Positions 35,619-47,500 of a stretch of 64,000 nt of DNA are shown here, one piece after another. The position numbers were made by a program, and so were the translations under genes. The stretch is from Podarcis muralis (Eukaryota): positions 74,276,001 to 74,340,000 of the forward strand of contig NC_135656.1 of the NCBI RefSeq assembly GCF_964188315.1, in the 5' to 3' direction. The notes beneath the pieces were generated by a model. The model was not told the origin of the DNA, searched no databases, and was given only the letters and a program-made list of their open reading frames with translations. Position 1 is the stretch's first letter, and each line of letters opens with the position of its first letter.

Positions 35619-36495
35619 TATTATTTTTTCTTTAAAACCATGTCTCTGTGTCACAAATGCCACTCTGGCTTTCTGCCTCTTTATTCCTTTTGCCTTTAAT
35701 ACACTACTTCAACCGTGACCGGTGTTTGCTGGTTGGTGTTTGCATGGCATTTGGTTACACGCGCCGTTTATAATTTTGACAGTCCTGTGGTGAAAGTCTG
35801 GGGGGAAAGGGGCTGGATTAAACCAAAAAAAGCATAAAGAACCATTCTGAAAGACTTGACCTCATCTCACTGGCTGGGAACGCACTGGTTGGCAGGAGTC
35901 GTGTGTCGCGGGTTTCTGTTTATTGGGATCTTGCCAGCTACTTCAATGGCGGATATGGAAGGCCTACATCTGTAAATCAGCCAGAGCCTAGATTTAAAGA
36001 TGTTTGACACCTAAAATTTACACATGAATTAATAGGACCTTTTTGGGCAGCTGGCACCTTGGTTAATCCTGCTTTTCTGGTGCCTGATCCTTACAGACAT
36101 GCTGAGTTCCTGACAGGAATCAGCTTTCTTGAAAGTAATGGTTGCTCTTGAACTATGACAGTGCCATGTCTCCCTTTGCTTCATTTGGCAGGGTGAGTTT
36201 TATTTTGAATGTCACCTGGGAATCGGACTGGGATGAAGGGCGGCTTAAGTCCTTGTCAAGGCTTTACCTGCCTGCCTTATGTGCTGATTCCTGTCAGAAA
36301 CGCTGTGAACACCCTGTGGGTTCACCTTGCACTGTAATTTAACTGTTGGATTTGACAAAATGATGGCCACTTTGCTCCCTACTTCGTTCCCTGCCGGGGG
36401 AGGTTTGGTGCTGACTTTGGAGGGAAAAGGCAGCTATTTCCACTGCATTTTTAGGCTGGGAAAAGGTCTATGCCTGTTAATTTTTTCTGCTTTCT

Positions 36496-36648
36496 ATCCC
36501 AGCTCCTGCCAACCTAGCAGTTCGAAAGCATGCCAGTGCAAGTAGATAAATAGGTCCCGCTGCGGCGGGAAGGTAAACGGCGTTTCCGTGCGTTCTGGCA
36601 CTTGTCACGGTCCTCCGTTCGCCAGTAGCGGTTTCATCATGCTGGCCA
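36496..36648 (+). mobile_element. Sauria SINE internal fragment
   Basis: cagctcctgccaacctagcagttcgaaagc...gtgcaagtagataaatagg...ggtaaacggcgtttccgtgcg core. Confidence 0.85.
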
Positions 36649-39600
36649 TACCATACACCCATCAAGGAGCAGAGGCAGGCAACGGGCATCTAACAAATTG
36701 AGGAAACAAAATAGTAAACAACGGAACAGTGCCTGGATGTAGTGGTGGGATGGATATGGGAAAACAAGATAAGCTTGAATCTTAGAAAGGTGAAGGCACT
36801 GTGGCTGAGAAATTGTCTGCACACTCTCTGAATGAGGACGTACACAATCTGCAGGTGCTTATGGATCCAGCTTTGGCTACACCTGCTATGCCTCATCTGA
36901 CCCACTTTCTGGACTGGGACAGCTTGATCACAGTAGCTGTTTGTAAACTTGCAGCATCACACACATTCATTGAGGGAGCTAGTGTTTGGACAGGTGGTGA
37001 GAATTTTAACACACAAATGACAGCCTTTGTTTTATTTTTTTAAAAGGGAATCTAGATTTCAGTTTCTCCCAGGGGTGGTAAAAGTTCCCCCAGCATTTGT
37101 TCAGGCAGTACAGATTTCTGGATTTCTGGCTTCCTATTTAGGTAGTTGTATACCATAATAAGTTTACGTGGTAAGCAAATGTGAAATGGTCATTTGTGTA
37201 GCCTCTGTGTGACATGGGAAGGGTAGCAGTCAGTCAACTTGAGGGTGGAAATAAGAATAAATAAGTGGGTGCCCCTGGATATAGCTGCTCCAAACAAGCC
37301 TCACCAGCCAGCTAAAAACATGATTATTTCAAAAAAGATAGTGTAATTCCGTTTGTTCTAAGGCCCAGTCTGAAACTCAAGAATAGGATGTGTTATTTCT
37401 GAGGGGGGAGCTGGAGTTGACCATTTCCCACATTGAGGATGCCTCCAGGTTGCCACAATTTTGTGGGAGGGATTCAGTCACATATTGGAAATTAAGGTTT
37501 GCACAATTAAAGTGTATAAAAGCACTCAGGTGTAACAAATCCACATAAAACACACCACCCATTAGGCTTGTTGCATTTAGAACAGTGATGAGGAAATATA
37601 CTAACAAGTGTGGGATACAGATAAATGGATGGGAAAATAGATAACCTTCCCACAAATAAATCAGGAGGATGAATGCTTATTGGCACATAACCCCCACACA
37701 AATAAAATGGATGCTCAATAAAGACCATATTTAATCTAAACCACATACACAAATCAGGATAAATGTTCAATAGACATGTGTTCTGGAGGAACCCAGCATG
37801 TTATACAACAGCACATGTGCCTTCCTATCTTGAGGACATTGCAACGGTAGTTCCTAAAAAAATTCTTTGACTAGTTTGGAGGATGAATTTAGCATTCTAG
37901 ATGAAGGATCTTTTAACGCATACATCATTTTATATTAATGTTTGATCTCCAGGGATTATGATTCTAAAGTCATATATAAAATAATTTAATTTCACACAAA
38001 TGTTAACCCTGGTTCACTATCCTGCAGTGTGGCTGTGCTTAAAGCAAGGACTGGCAACTGTGTGCGTGCAAAACTGACTTCATCACAGGCAGCTTAGGGC
38101 ACAGATGTATTTTGAAGGATGCAAACCAATGAGCAGAGGAGGGTAAACTACTTCCATGCCTTTCTTGCTATGTTACAAAATACAGGGGTTTTGAGGATGC
38201 TTTCAAAAAGCACATATTAGTACAAACATATATTTCCAGCTGGTCTCACTGGCTGTGGTAAGACTGCTTTCTCTCCTCAATCAGGTATGCTTCCCTGGTT
38301 TTTGCTTGACATCCTTGGATAGGATTCAGGTTAATAATAGCATTTAGCATCAACTGTGTGTAAGAGTGTTTCTTTCCCCCTTGCAGTAGCTTGTGTCTTT
38401 CTGGAACAGTACAGCAGCTATTTTTAGCTCTCTAACTGGAATAAATAAGCATAAACTTAACATTCTGTGCGAGAGAGGCTGCATCGCTTCAGAATGGCTT
38501 GATCTGAAGAGGACCCTGCGATAACCACCATGTTACACGTTTGCTGTGCTTGTGACCCAAAGGAAAGGATTTTTGACGTGGCTAGATCTCATTCAGGATC
38601 CTTACCTTTGGAGTTGAGTGGTATCGCCCTAGCGGTCACAGGGAAGAGCGTTTTGTGGCCCTGGTTTTTCTGGCCTACGGTAGCCAGCCAAGTTGCATGA
38701 ATGGCTCACCTCTGTCTGAGTGTCTCTCACTGTGTAGGAATTGCTGATACTGTGAATGTTTTGTGTATACGTGTTGCCATGTTTAGTGAGAAGGAAGCTT
38801 GCGGGGGGGGGGGGAGAGAAACAGGCAATAAAGGCTGAAGCAGGAAAAGTGGGGGTTGGTAGCTGAGAGATGGGGAACAGAAAAATGGGTAAGAGAAGAG
38901 AGGGTGATGGAGCTGAGACCTTGGCGACCCTGGGACCTATTAATGGGTGGGGTATTTTCTGCAGGGTGGGTGAGTTTTCCTTATTGGGGTAAAATGAGGG
39001 TGAGCGAGGGCTGCTCAATTTACCCCTGAGAAGAGGAAGTGAAATTCTGCATGCTTAAGTTAATCCTGGGAAATATGACATGGGCCTTGAAGGCTAAAAG
39101 AGGGTTTGCAGGATTTCTGGCTGCGGTACTTCAGTTTTCATTAAATCCGGACATTTCATGTGTTATTGAGGCCTTTTACTGTTTATGCTTGCTAATGGCA
39201 GGCTGGGCCTGGGACACTTGTTGGGTAGTCAGGTGGGTGGGTTAGAGATTTATTTATTTAAATTGTTAATATTGATCCTGTTTTTGCATTTGATTCCATT
39301 ACCGCAGTATTGAACGTGATTTGTTGATGGTGCCTTATTTGTTTTTATATTTTGGTAACAATTATTTTTAACTGTCTTCTGTTTTGATTTTTGTCTAACA
39401 CGAGTCTCATTGGGCATGGCCTACCATCCAAAAGCGGCATATAAATTAAACTAAACTAAACTAATAAAAAACAGCCTAACCCTACGATGGCACAGAGAGG
39501 AGGAAAGAGAGCACAGATTATATGGGGCGACTAGAGAAAAGGTGATGATGGGATGCAGAGAAGCTTATTTCTGAGTAAAGAAAAAAACGAAAGAGTGGCT

Positions 39601-40339
39601 GAGAAATGAGGGTAAGGAGAGACCAATGGGGCAGGATAAAAGAGAAATACAGTAAACATGCAATAGTATTTGTTGAGAAGCAGTCTATTTCGGTAGCTGA
39701 CATGCTATAGCTTACTATTTGACATGGAAGTCGGCTTTTGACAATATCTGACATGTACATTTACCTAGTAGTCAATAGATGACACAGCCTGACATGCAGT
39801 AGCATTCAGCATTGGAATTATCTGAAAGCTGACATGGTGGCAGTCACTATTTGAGCATTTCCAACATGCAGAAGCATCTAGCTATTTGACATGTAACACA
39901 GAAATGTTGATTGCCAAAACATGACTTTGAGCCTGCCTTCCATGTTGTAGCTATAGCTGAGGGGAAACGAATACTGTATAGTAAGTATAATCTTAATATG
40001 AACACTACATTTCAATTCTTGGTTTTCTAAGGTAGCAGGCCTGGTTTCCTCCACCTCCCACACACACGCACACATTTGTAGCCTTGAAAACATGAGAGCA
40101 TGTAAATAGTTCTGCTAATCAACACATTGTATTTATAGGAGACTGGCACATGCTTGCTGCGAAGTGCTGCACGTGAAGGTGCTGCATTGCGATCACAGGC
40201 TCTCTTGGTTACTTCGAGGCTTCTTCCCCCTTGCTCCACCTCCCAGCTTTGCTTGGTAGACAGGGACATAAATAGACCCGTGTTGGGCTACTGTTGGAAG
40301 AGTGGTCATGCAACAGTCTTAACTTATGCTATGTACAAA

Positions 40340-40512
40340 CCATACATTTACAGTACATGACTTCCCCCAAAGAATCTTGGGAGCTGTAGTTTGTTAAGGG
40401 TGTTTGAAATTCTAACCCTGTGAGGCACAAACTACAGCACCCATGATTCTTTGGGGAAGCCATGACTGTTAAAGTGCTATAAATGTGCCTTAAATGTTTG
40501 GTATGTATGCAG
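40340..40512. mobile_element. Palindromic MITE (further copies at ~41205-41355 and ~54450-54620)
   Basis: Imperfect inverted repeat cccaaagaatcttgggagctgtagtttg / caaactacagcacccatgattctttgggg recurring three times in the window. Confidence 0.6.
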
Positions 40513-41886
40513 CTATGCTTTTCAGATGTGATGCAAGCCAGAGGCGGAGGCTGACAGGATGTGGGATTGCAATTCCTGTTCCTCTGCAGTTCCCCTGAAA
40601 TTGATCTTGCATATCTCTTTCCTGTGAAGCCCTCTGCTTGTCAGGTCCACTTCTCAGGACATATCTGCTCCTGATTTGACACTAGTTGGCAGCTTCTGGC
40701 AACGTAGAACCATATGACAGGCAGAAATTCAATAGTTGAATCTTTGATCACATCATTGTCATCATCTTCATCATCATTCTATTTGTATGCCACACAACAG
40801 TGAGTCTCTATAGTAGAAAAAAGCAGTGGCTGTTGAATTTCTGCCTCTTGTGGAGACATGTCTGAAAAAATATGTGGCAAATTCTCTTTGTGCAGGAAAA
40901 AGTGTTTGAGAAAATGAGGTTTGCAAAGTGTGGGTTTTGAACACCTTCCTCTGAATAGACAGCACCATCATATATATATAACAGCATACAACAGTATGTA
41001 TATATATAACAGTAGTCAAATTTTGAAGTTGCTGTGTAGACATTTTGAAGATGGGGAAAATCAGCCTGAACTGCATGTGGGTGACATGCGCCTTATACGA
41101 GGGGATCTGGTTTGCAGAATTAAGAAGTGGGCCCTGCTGTTAGGCAGACAGAGATGGCTGCCTCAGGTGGTTGATTTTAAATATGAAAGGGCAGGAAACT
41201 CTTAGGCTATATCTGCATTTAAAGCACATGACTTTCCCCAGAGAATGATGGGGATTGTAGTTTGTTAAGGGTGCTGGGAATTATAGCTCCTTGAGAAGCA
41301 ACTACAGTTTCTGGGATTGTTTGGGGTAAGTCATATGCTTTAAATGTATGGGGTATCTCCAGGAACCTGTGTGTCTCACCTACAATAAGCATGGAAACAG
41401 ACCTGGATAACAGCCAGTTCTTGTGTTTTTTAGTGATAGGGAATCAGAGTCATTCTTGTGTTTCTTGTTTTCAGCAGGCCTCAGGGCAACCTGATACCTG
41501 CCTAGCACCCAGTAGCACCCAGCATGGTGGGGCAGCACTGTGGAGCTGGTCTCCCAACACCAGTGTCACTACAGCTTACCTGGATGGTGCAGAGAGAGGG
41601 ACAGGGCATCAGTGAAATTGGATCCATTTTTTTAAACTGTGGCCAGATACAGACTTCATGGCTTCACTCTCAGGCAAAAAAACAAACAAAAACAAAACCT
41701 CTCTCTCACCACTCCTTCCCATTGCTCTGATGAAGAGTGCGGGAGAACTCTTAAAACCTGAGCACTATTTCGTGATATTTTAATTGGCTTAATAAATCGT
41801 GTCCTCCCTAAAAGAGGGCACGTGTTGCGGTGAGACCTGGAGACTGACCTCCTGTGTTGTGGGTGGGTTGGATTGGTCAGCTACAA

Positions 41887-42022
41887 CAGTGTCCCCCAAC
41901 CTTGGGCCTCCAGCTGTTTTTGGACTACAATTCCCATCATCCTTGACCACTGGTCTTGCTAGCGAGGGATGATGGGAGTTGTAGTCCAAAAACAGCTGGA
42001 GGCCCAAGGTTGGGGAACACTG
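41887..42022. mobile_element. 136-bp palindromic hAT MITE with perfect 8-bp TSD
   Basis: TIR CAGTGTCCCCCAACCTTGG / CCAAGGTTGGGGAACACTG. TSD AGCTACAA at 41879-41886 and 42023-42030. Confidence 0.92.
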
Positions 42023-42619
42023 AGCTACAACACGGTAGGTCCCTTGATGTTGGGTTCAATCTGGACAATGGGGCGCAGTCTAAATGGATCAAGGGACCTA
42101 TGCATGTGACCCAGAGCTTCCTCTTTTGGCTCGTGCATTCGGAACAAGCTAACAGCATGTCCTCTGTGCAGCTGAGAGACTTACCTTCAAAGGATCGCCT
42201 TGGTGATTTCTTTCCGTTATTCTTTCCCTTTTGTTAATCCTTTCGTTAATTTTCCCCTTTTCAGTTGTCTTCTTCCCCCCCTTCTCCTTCCCTTCTCTAG
42301 CGGGGCTTTGCTCCACTGGGGCTCAGCCCCTGAGCACTCCTGGTTGAGGAGCTTGCCGCCCCACTCTTACAGCGGCTGGTGTCCCTGTAATTTGGCTGCG
42401 GCTGCAGCTTTGGGGTTTTTTCAGCTAACGTGACTTGGGCAATTTGCGTTTGTCGCTCTCTGGGTGCTTTCGTTCAGCGCTTTGACTAATTTTGCTGCAT
42501 CGAGAGTTCCCTCTCCGTTGCAATATTGATTTCTGTGTGCCCTTTTGAGGAAAGGTTGGTTGGGTATTTGTTTGAGGGCGGAAAACCCTCTTCTTTTCAT
42601 TCCAGCCCAGGTCCACAAA

Positions 42620-44080
42620 AGTAGCAAATCAAAAATCAGTGAGAGAGATGCCTGATATAGCCAGGAAAAAGATCAGGAAGGAACTAGTGTTGGGAAGGAT
42701 GGCTGGACCATTTGAGTGCCCTCCTTATCCAGATTTACACCTTTCCCCGTTGGGTGTGGTGCCCAAGAAGGCCCCTGGGGAATTTCATTTAATTCACAAT
42801 TTAGCTTACCCACGAACTGAATCAGAGTTTGTCCCCATTGCTTTCCATGCAATGGAGCAGAAGGAATCAAGGAGTCCGGCACAGACTTCTGTGCCGGGGA
42901 CAAGTCTGGTTTGCAAGAAGCCCTTGTCGTCTGCTGATGTATCTGTTCTAGTTCCTTCGCAAGTTCCTCCCCTGGGCTCAGCTCGCCATCCCTGCAGGGA
43001 CCCCCACTGGCCAAGGATCCCTGGCACAGTCTCTGGATTGACCCCTGCACAGCGCCAAGAAGTGGCTGGGAACCGTAGCGCATGTCATCCTTGCCTTTGC
43101 CCCTCTGAGGTTCCAGCGTGCTTTCGGATATCTGAATGTCATGGAACGGGATTTGGTCCTCAAAGAGACATTGGAAGCCCCCGTCCACCCATCGGGCAAA
43201 GGGAACAAAAGGAAAAAGGACGATGTTACTCTAGAGGAGGAACTCTCCTGGGCTGAGCTTCTCCAGAAAGAACTACCAGCTGAAGATGATCCCCAGGACC
43301 TGACTTATGAGTCTACCATCTTTGAGACGGAAAGCGAAGAATACAAATCTCAGAATGACACCAATGTCAATTTGGAGGTGGAGGGGAAAGATAGATTCTT
43401 GATGCTGAAGGAAGACCCAGCTCAGCAGGAGGATCCAAGGAAGGAAAATGGTGCTGGGGAGGAGGCCCTGGACCCCCGCTGCTCCAGGGACGGGAGTGAG
43501 CAGCCAGACAAGGAGGTGCCTGACAGGACAACCCGGGTGCGAATCCCACCAGCCCTTCTCTGGAGAGCAGAATGCTCCTCCCATCCCGCGACCCCAGTGC
43601 TGAGATGACCTCCAGTAACAACTCCCAGGGTGAATGTGACCAATGGGTGAATGTGAGCAGCAAATAATGGCAACTGTCTCCTTTCCTGGCTGAGATTGGC
43701 ACTGCAGCATAGCAAGGTGACTATTTCTGACTGTCTGCCCCCTTCCAGCAACCGGATGCCCTCTTTTTGATATGGAAACGTCTTCTCTCTTTTTTGAATT
43801 TGCAATAAAGCCTTAATTTTTCACACGAAAATTAATAATTTTTATCTTACCCACAGGGTACATCAGTAAATTATGCTATCCCTCCTGAGTTTTGTTCTGT
43901 CAAGTATGCCACCTTTGACCAAGCGTTCAAGTTGATTAGGAGCTATGGGAAGGGTGCACTTTTGGCAAAGTGTGATGTGGAATCTGCGTTCCGCTTACTT
44001 CCTGTCCATCCACTTGATTTTAAGTTGCTTGTTGGATGGAGCATATTATGTGGATAAGGCCATGCCAATGGGCTGCTCTA
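42620..44080 (+). mobile_element. DIRS-order (Ngaro-like) retrotransposon reverse-transcriptase fragment, split by a 1032-bp insertion
   Basis: The left part reads KIRKELVLGRMAGPF...LHLSPLGVVPKKAPGEFHLIHNLAYP. Removing 42814-43854 restores the frame into QGTSVNYAIPPEFCSVKYATFDQA...GALLAKCDVESAFRLLPVHPLDF..., then DGAYYVDKAMPMGCS after a small deletion. Confidence 0.85.
42814..43845 (+). pseudogene. Processed retrocopy of an acidic protein gene (tentatively 'oogenesis-related'/org-like) with two premature stops
   Basis: One frame runs 42814-43608 (265 codons) broken only by TAG 42949-51 and TGA 43039-41. AATAAA at 43804-09, A/T-only tail at 43828-45, and a 9-bp TSD CTTACCCAC at 42805-13 / 43846-54. 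The identity is from recalled motif similarity and is unverified. Confidence 0.72.
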
Positions 44081-44088
44081 CACCTCCG

Positions 44089-44542
44089 TGTCAGTGGGGT
44101 TAAGGGATTGGTTATAGGTGTGAGTGGTTGGTGGCGAGCACGGTGCTCGTGTGGTGGATAGGCATTGGTTCAGGTGATAGGGATGAGAGAGCAGTCTCGC
44201 CATCCCTATGTGAAGGGTATTCCGTTAAGGAATCCAGGGACTCAACTGGTTTGGTCAACCCCCGAGAGGGGGTTGTGCCCGTGCCTGAGTCCATCTGGGT
44301 GGTGAACATAGTTTGTTCCCAGCTTTTCGCCTACCCAGGTGTTTACCTTTGGCAGACCTACGCTGGTGCCCTGGGTCAGTGCTGCCTGCAAGGGTGCAGG
44401 GAGCTAGTCGGACCAGAGCCTATGCAACCACTCACCTTCTGTAATCAATACATTTGTGCCCTAAATTCTGCCAAAAACCAAAACTAAAATTGAGTCAAGT
44501 GTGAATTTATTTAGGGGGGAGATCTCTGGGTCTGAACCCGCA
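44089..44542 (+). mobile_element. LTR-like segment (TG...CA) truncating the Ngaro RT
   Basis: Starts tgtcagtgggg where RT homology stops. Has a polyA-signal-like aatcaatac and ends ctgaacccgca. No clean TSD. Confidence 0.4.
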
Positions 44543-47500
44543 AATGTATTCCGCTAAGAATTTTTTCCCCCATTTGTACAAACAGCATGGCATTCTTTCT
44601 ATCTGGGAGTAATTTGCTGGCCTCCTTACCTGGCCTGGCCTGACCCTGCCTAGCCTATAAGAGATAATAGGATAACAGCCCAAGGTGGTTTGACTGCAAG
44701 GCAATTCCCTGGTCCTGGAAAGGAGCCACAGAGAACACAATCTAAAGTGAAAAATCATTCCAGCCAGTGACACTTATTTTCTTTCCCACAAGGCTTCCTC
44801 CTCTAATCCCAGTATAATTAGTCACTGTGGCATTCAATGGGGCAAATGTAACTTCTCATTCAGAAATCCCCATTTCTTTCAGCCAGAGAACCCACCCCTC
44901 TCTTTCACTGGGGTTATTATGGGGCTCCCTACCCGCCTTACCAACTCGTTCCCTGTGCCCTTCACCTCTTGACTGCCTGCCTGCCTGCCTGCCATGGATG
45001 TTTTGAAAAGGTTTGTCTCCTTCCTTCCTCCACGTTATTCTCACCGACTCCCTGGTACCTTTTAAGCTTACCATACGCTGCTTTGTTGTCTCCCCTCCCA
45101 GCGTCACTCTTTGATTTCGCAGCCCCAATATGACATCCTAATCTTAGCTCCCTTCAGGATGTTGGAGGAGATGATTGTCAAGATAGCTCCGGGCAGCGAG
45201 CAGATCGTGAGGAAGGCAGGCTGTGCTACGTGAGGGTGACGGGCAGCCCTTCATTCCTCCCCTTGCCCTCCCTTTCAGGTCTATCTCTTAATCTCTATTG
45301 CTGTAGCAAATGGGTAAGCAGGCCATCCTGAAAAGCAGCATGGCTTGCGGTGCCCATGTGGGAAACGTGCATGTCGCAGGAAGCCTTATCAGGCGGTGGC
45401 ATTTACTCTTCCGCTCCGCTTCCTCCTGCTGTCTCTTGTTTGTTCTTTGTATTGTTGTTACTCGGATAATTATTCACTACATCCCCGAAGGGATGACATT
45501 TTGATGCAGATAACGCTGCCTCTGCCGAGCAATATTGCACGTGCTGCTGCCGTTAGGCCATAGCGAGGATTCCCAAGGGAGGGATCAGGACCTGCCAGTG
45601 GGCCGCACATCCCTTAGGTGGGTGGGTCGCCAGGATGTCTGCTGTGACCGCTGGGAACAATGCAGCTGAGGGAGTTCCCAGAGAAAGATACAGGCGTCAT
45701 CAGGCCCATGCAGAGCGGTTGGGGCAGCCAGGTACACTTGCCCTGGGCCTTGGAGGCCTAAGCTGGCCGAGAGGTCCTGCCACATTATGTAACCAGACCG
45801 GCTGCTTTTTTGTTTGAGTTTATAACTTTATTCCAATGGGACTCCCGCCCTGCCCTGGGCCTCAGGCAAGCTTTGCAAAGGCCTGGGCATAATGATAAGT
45901 AACATGGGCTCTAGTAAATTGGGTTGTGTGGGAGAGATGTGGGAACTCTTATCAGCTTGAGGGCCACGTTGCCTCCTCATTTGACCTTCCGGGGCCACAT
46001 GTCAGTGGTGGGTGAGGCAAATAAACACAGGTTTTGCCTTTGTACTGTTGGCTGTTCCTCCACACCTGCTCTCTGTCCTCCATCCAGGCAAGCAAGAAGC
46101 ATTATCAGAGTTTAAGGACAGATGAAAACACTCAAGGAAGGTGCAAAGTAGAGCTGGTGAGGGGTGTAGTTCAGGAGGGTGTATGGATTTGGGAAAATCC
46201 TGAGGACCACATAGAGAAGGATGGAGGGGCCATGAGGTGCCCCATCCCTGGATGAGATGTATGCATGGTCAAATGGGCCTGAGTGCAAGCAACACGACCA
46301 ATTGCTAGGGCCGGTACAATGTTTTAGGGGTTGCCGCTGAAACGGTGCATGCTTCGAGATGTGTGCCTCCCAGTCCCTCACTATTCTGGGATGTGCCTCT
46401 TGCCGCACATCCCGCCTCTGAGGGCAATAAGATGGCATGGGCCAACTCTGGTAGGAGTCGCATTCCTCTGCCAGTTTCACAGCATGTCATTGTGATAACC
46501 GCTCTATGGGCACCAGTTCTTCTGCTGGAGAGTTGACAAGCAGCGGTGGTGGTGGGGAATAGTACACACAGTGAGTGTTGATAAATTGTTGAGCTGTTCC
46601 AGTGCTACTGCAATGGCCTCATAAATTATGATAACTAGGGAAGAGGTACGAAGTGGAGCTGTTGCGTAGGATTCATGGAATGCCAAACATTTGATTGCTT
46701 TTCTACTTACGTTTTCTATATTAAAATTACAGTTTATCTGGGGCTGGCACCCTCTCTGTCAAGATCTTCAACTTATGTATTTTAAGGCTTTTTGTAAACA
46801 CTCATGGGAACGTGGTCTCCCTTCTGTGGCAACTTGTAACCACCAGGTGAAGGCACTGTATTTCTTCTGGTGTGGTAAGTTTGCTATGATATTGCTTTGC
46901 ATTTGGGAGTTGTTATTTTGGATGTTGCAGTTTAATTTCTCTTGGTGCTATGAGATAATGTATTTCCATTGTATTCCTGTTTACTTCAGTTGGCACAACA
47001 AATACTATTTATTACTTATATCTCTCCTTTCCCCTATTGAATGCAATATGGTCACTATTCCAAGGTGGTCTCATATCCAGGCACTGACTAAGACTAGACC
47101 TGTTTATCTTCTGCAAGATTTCTGTATGCATGGGCAGAGCGTGCAAACAAACAATTCTTCCCTCTCCTTTGCAGCATGGAACCAACAAGGGGGGAACCAG
47201 AAAAATAAGCAGAGGAGTCTGTCCAGTGACAGCTCAGGCATAGATTCCTGCCTGCCTTCTTCACTCACCCTATGCATTTGGTTGTCACAGCTTTCACAGC
47301 CTGCTTCCTTTTCATGCTATAAACAAAATGTACAGAGGTTAACAGAATGCGGCATATTTGCTGCACATGCTTACTGCTCAGTGAAGCAGAATCATAGCCA
47401 GCCACAATACAGAACAATGCAATACACAAGTGGTATGGCTTGAATGTTAGTACTCTGTTAAGATCAAAGCAGGAGAGACACACAAACATACACATTGCCT

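Larger units (their letters stand above)
33383..35640 (+). other. DUSP7: Putative DUSP7 3'UTR
   Basis: TE-free, U-rich sequence with (GA)n, (AC)n and (GT)n tracts. It ends at AATAAA 35613-35618, followed by a GU-rich element at ~35641. The 3' end is inferred. Confidence 0.6.

Noticed and set aside
42639-43256. 205-aa ORF as a novel fusion protein
   Set aside because: It is Ngaro RT running into a non-native frame of the retrocopy across the TSD junction. There is no promoter or start evidence.
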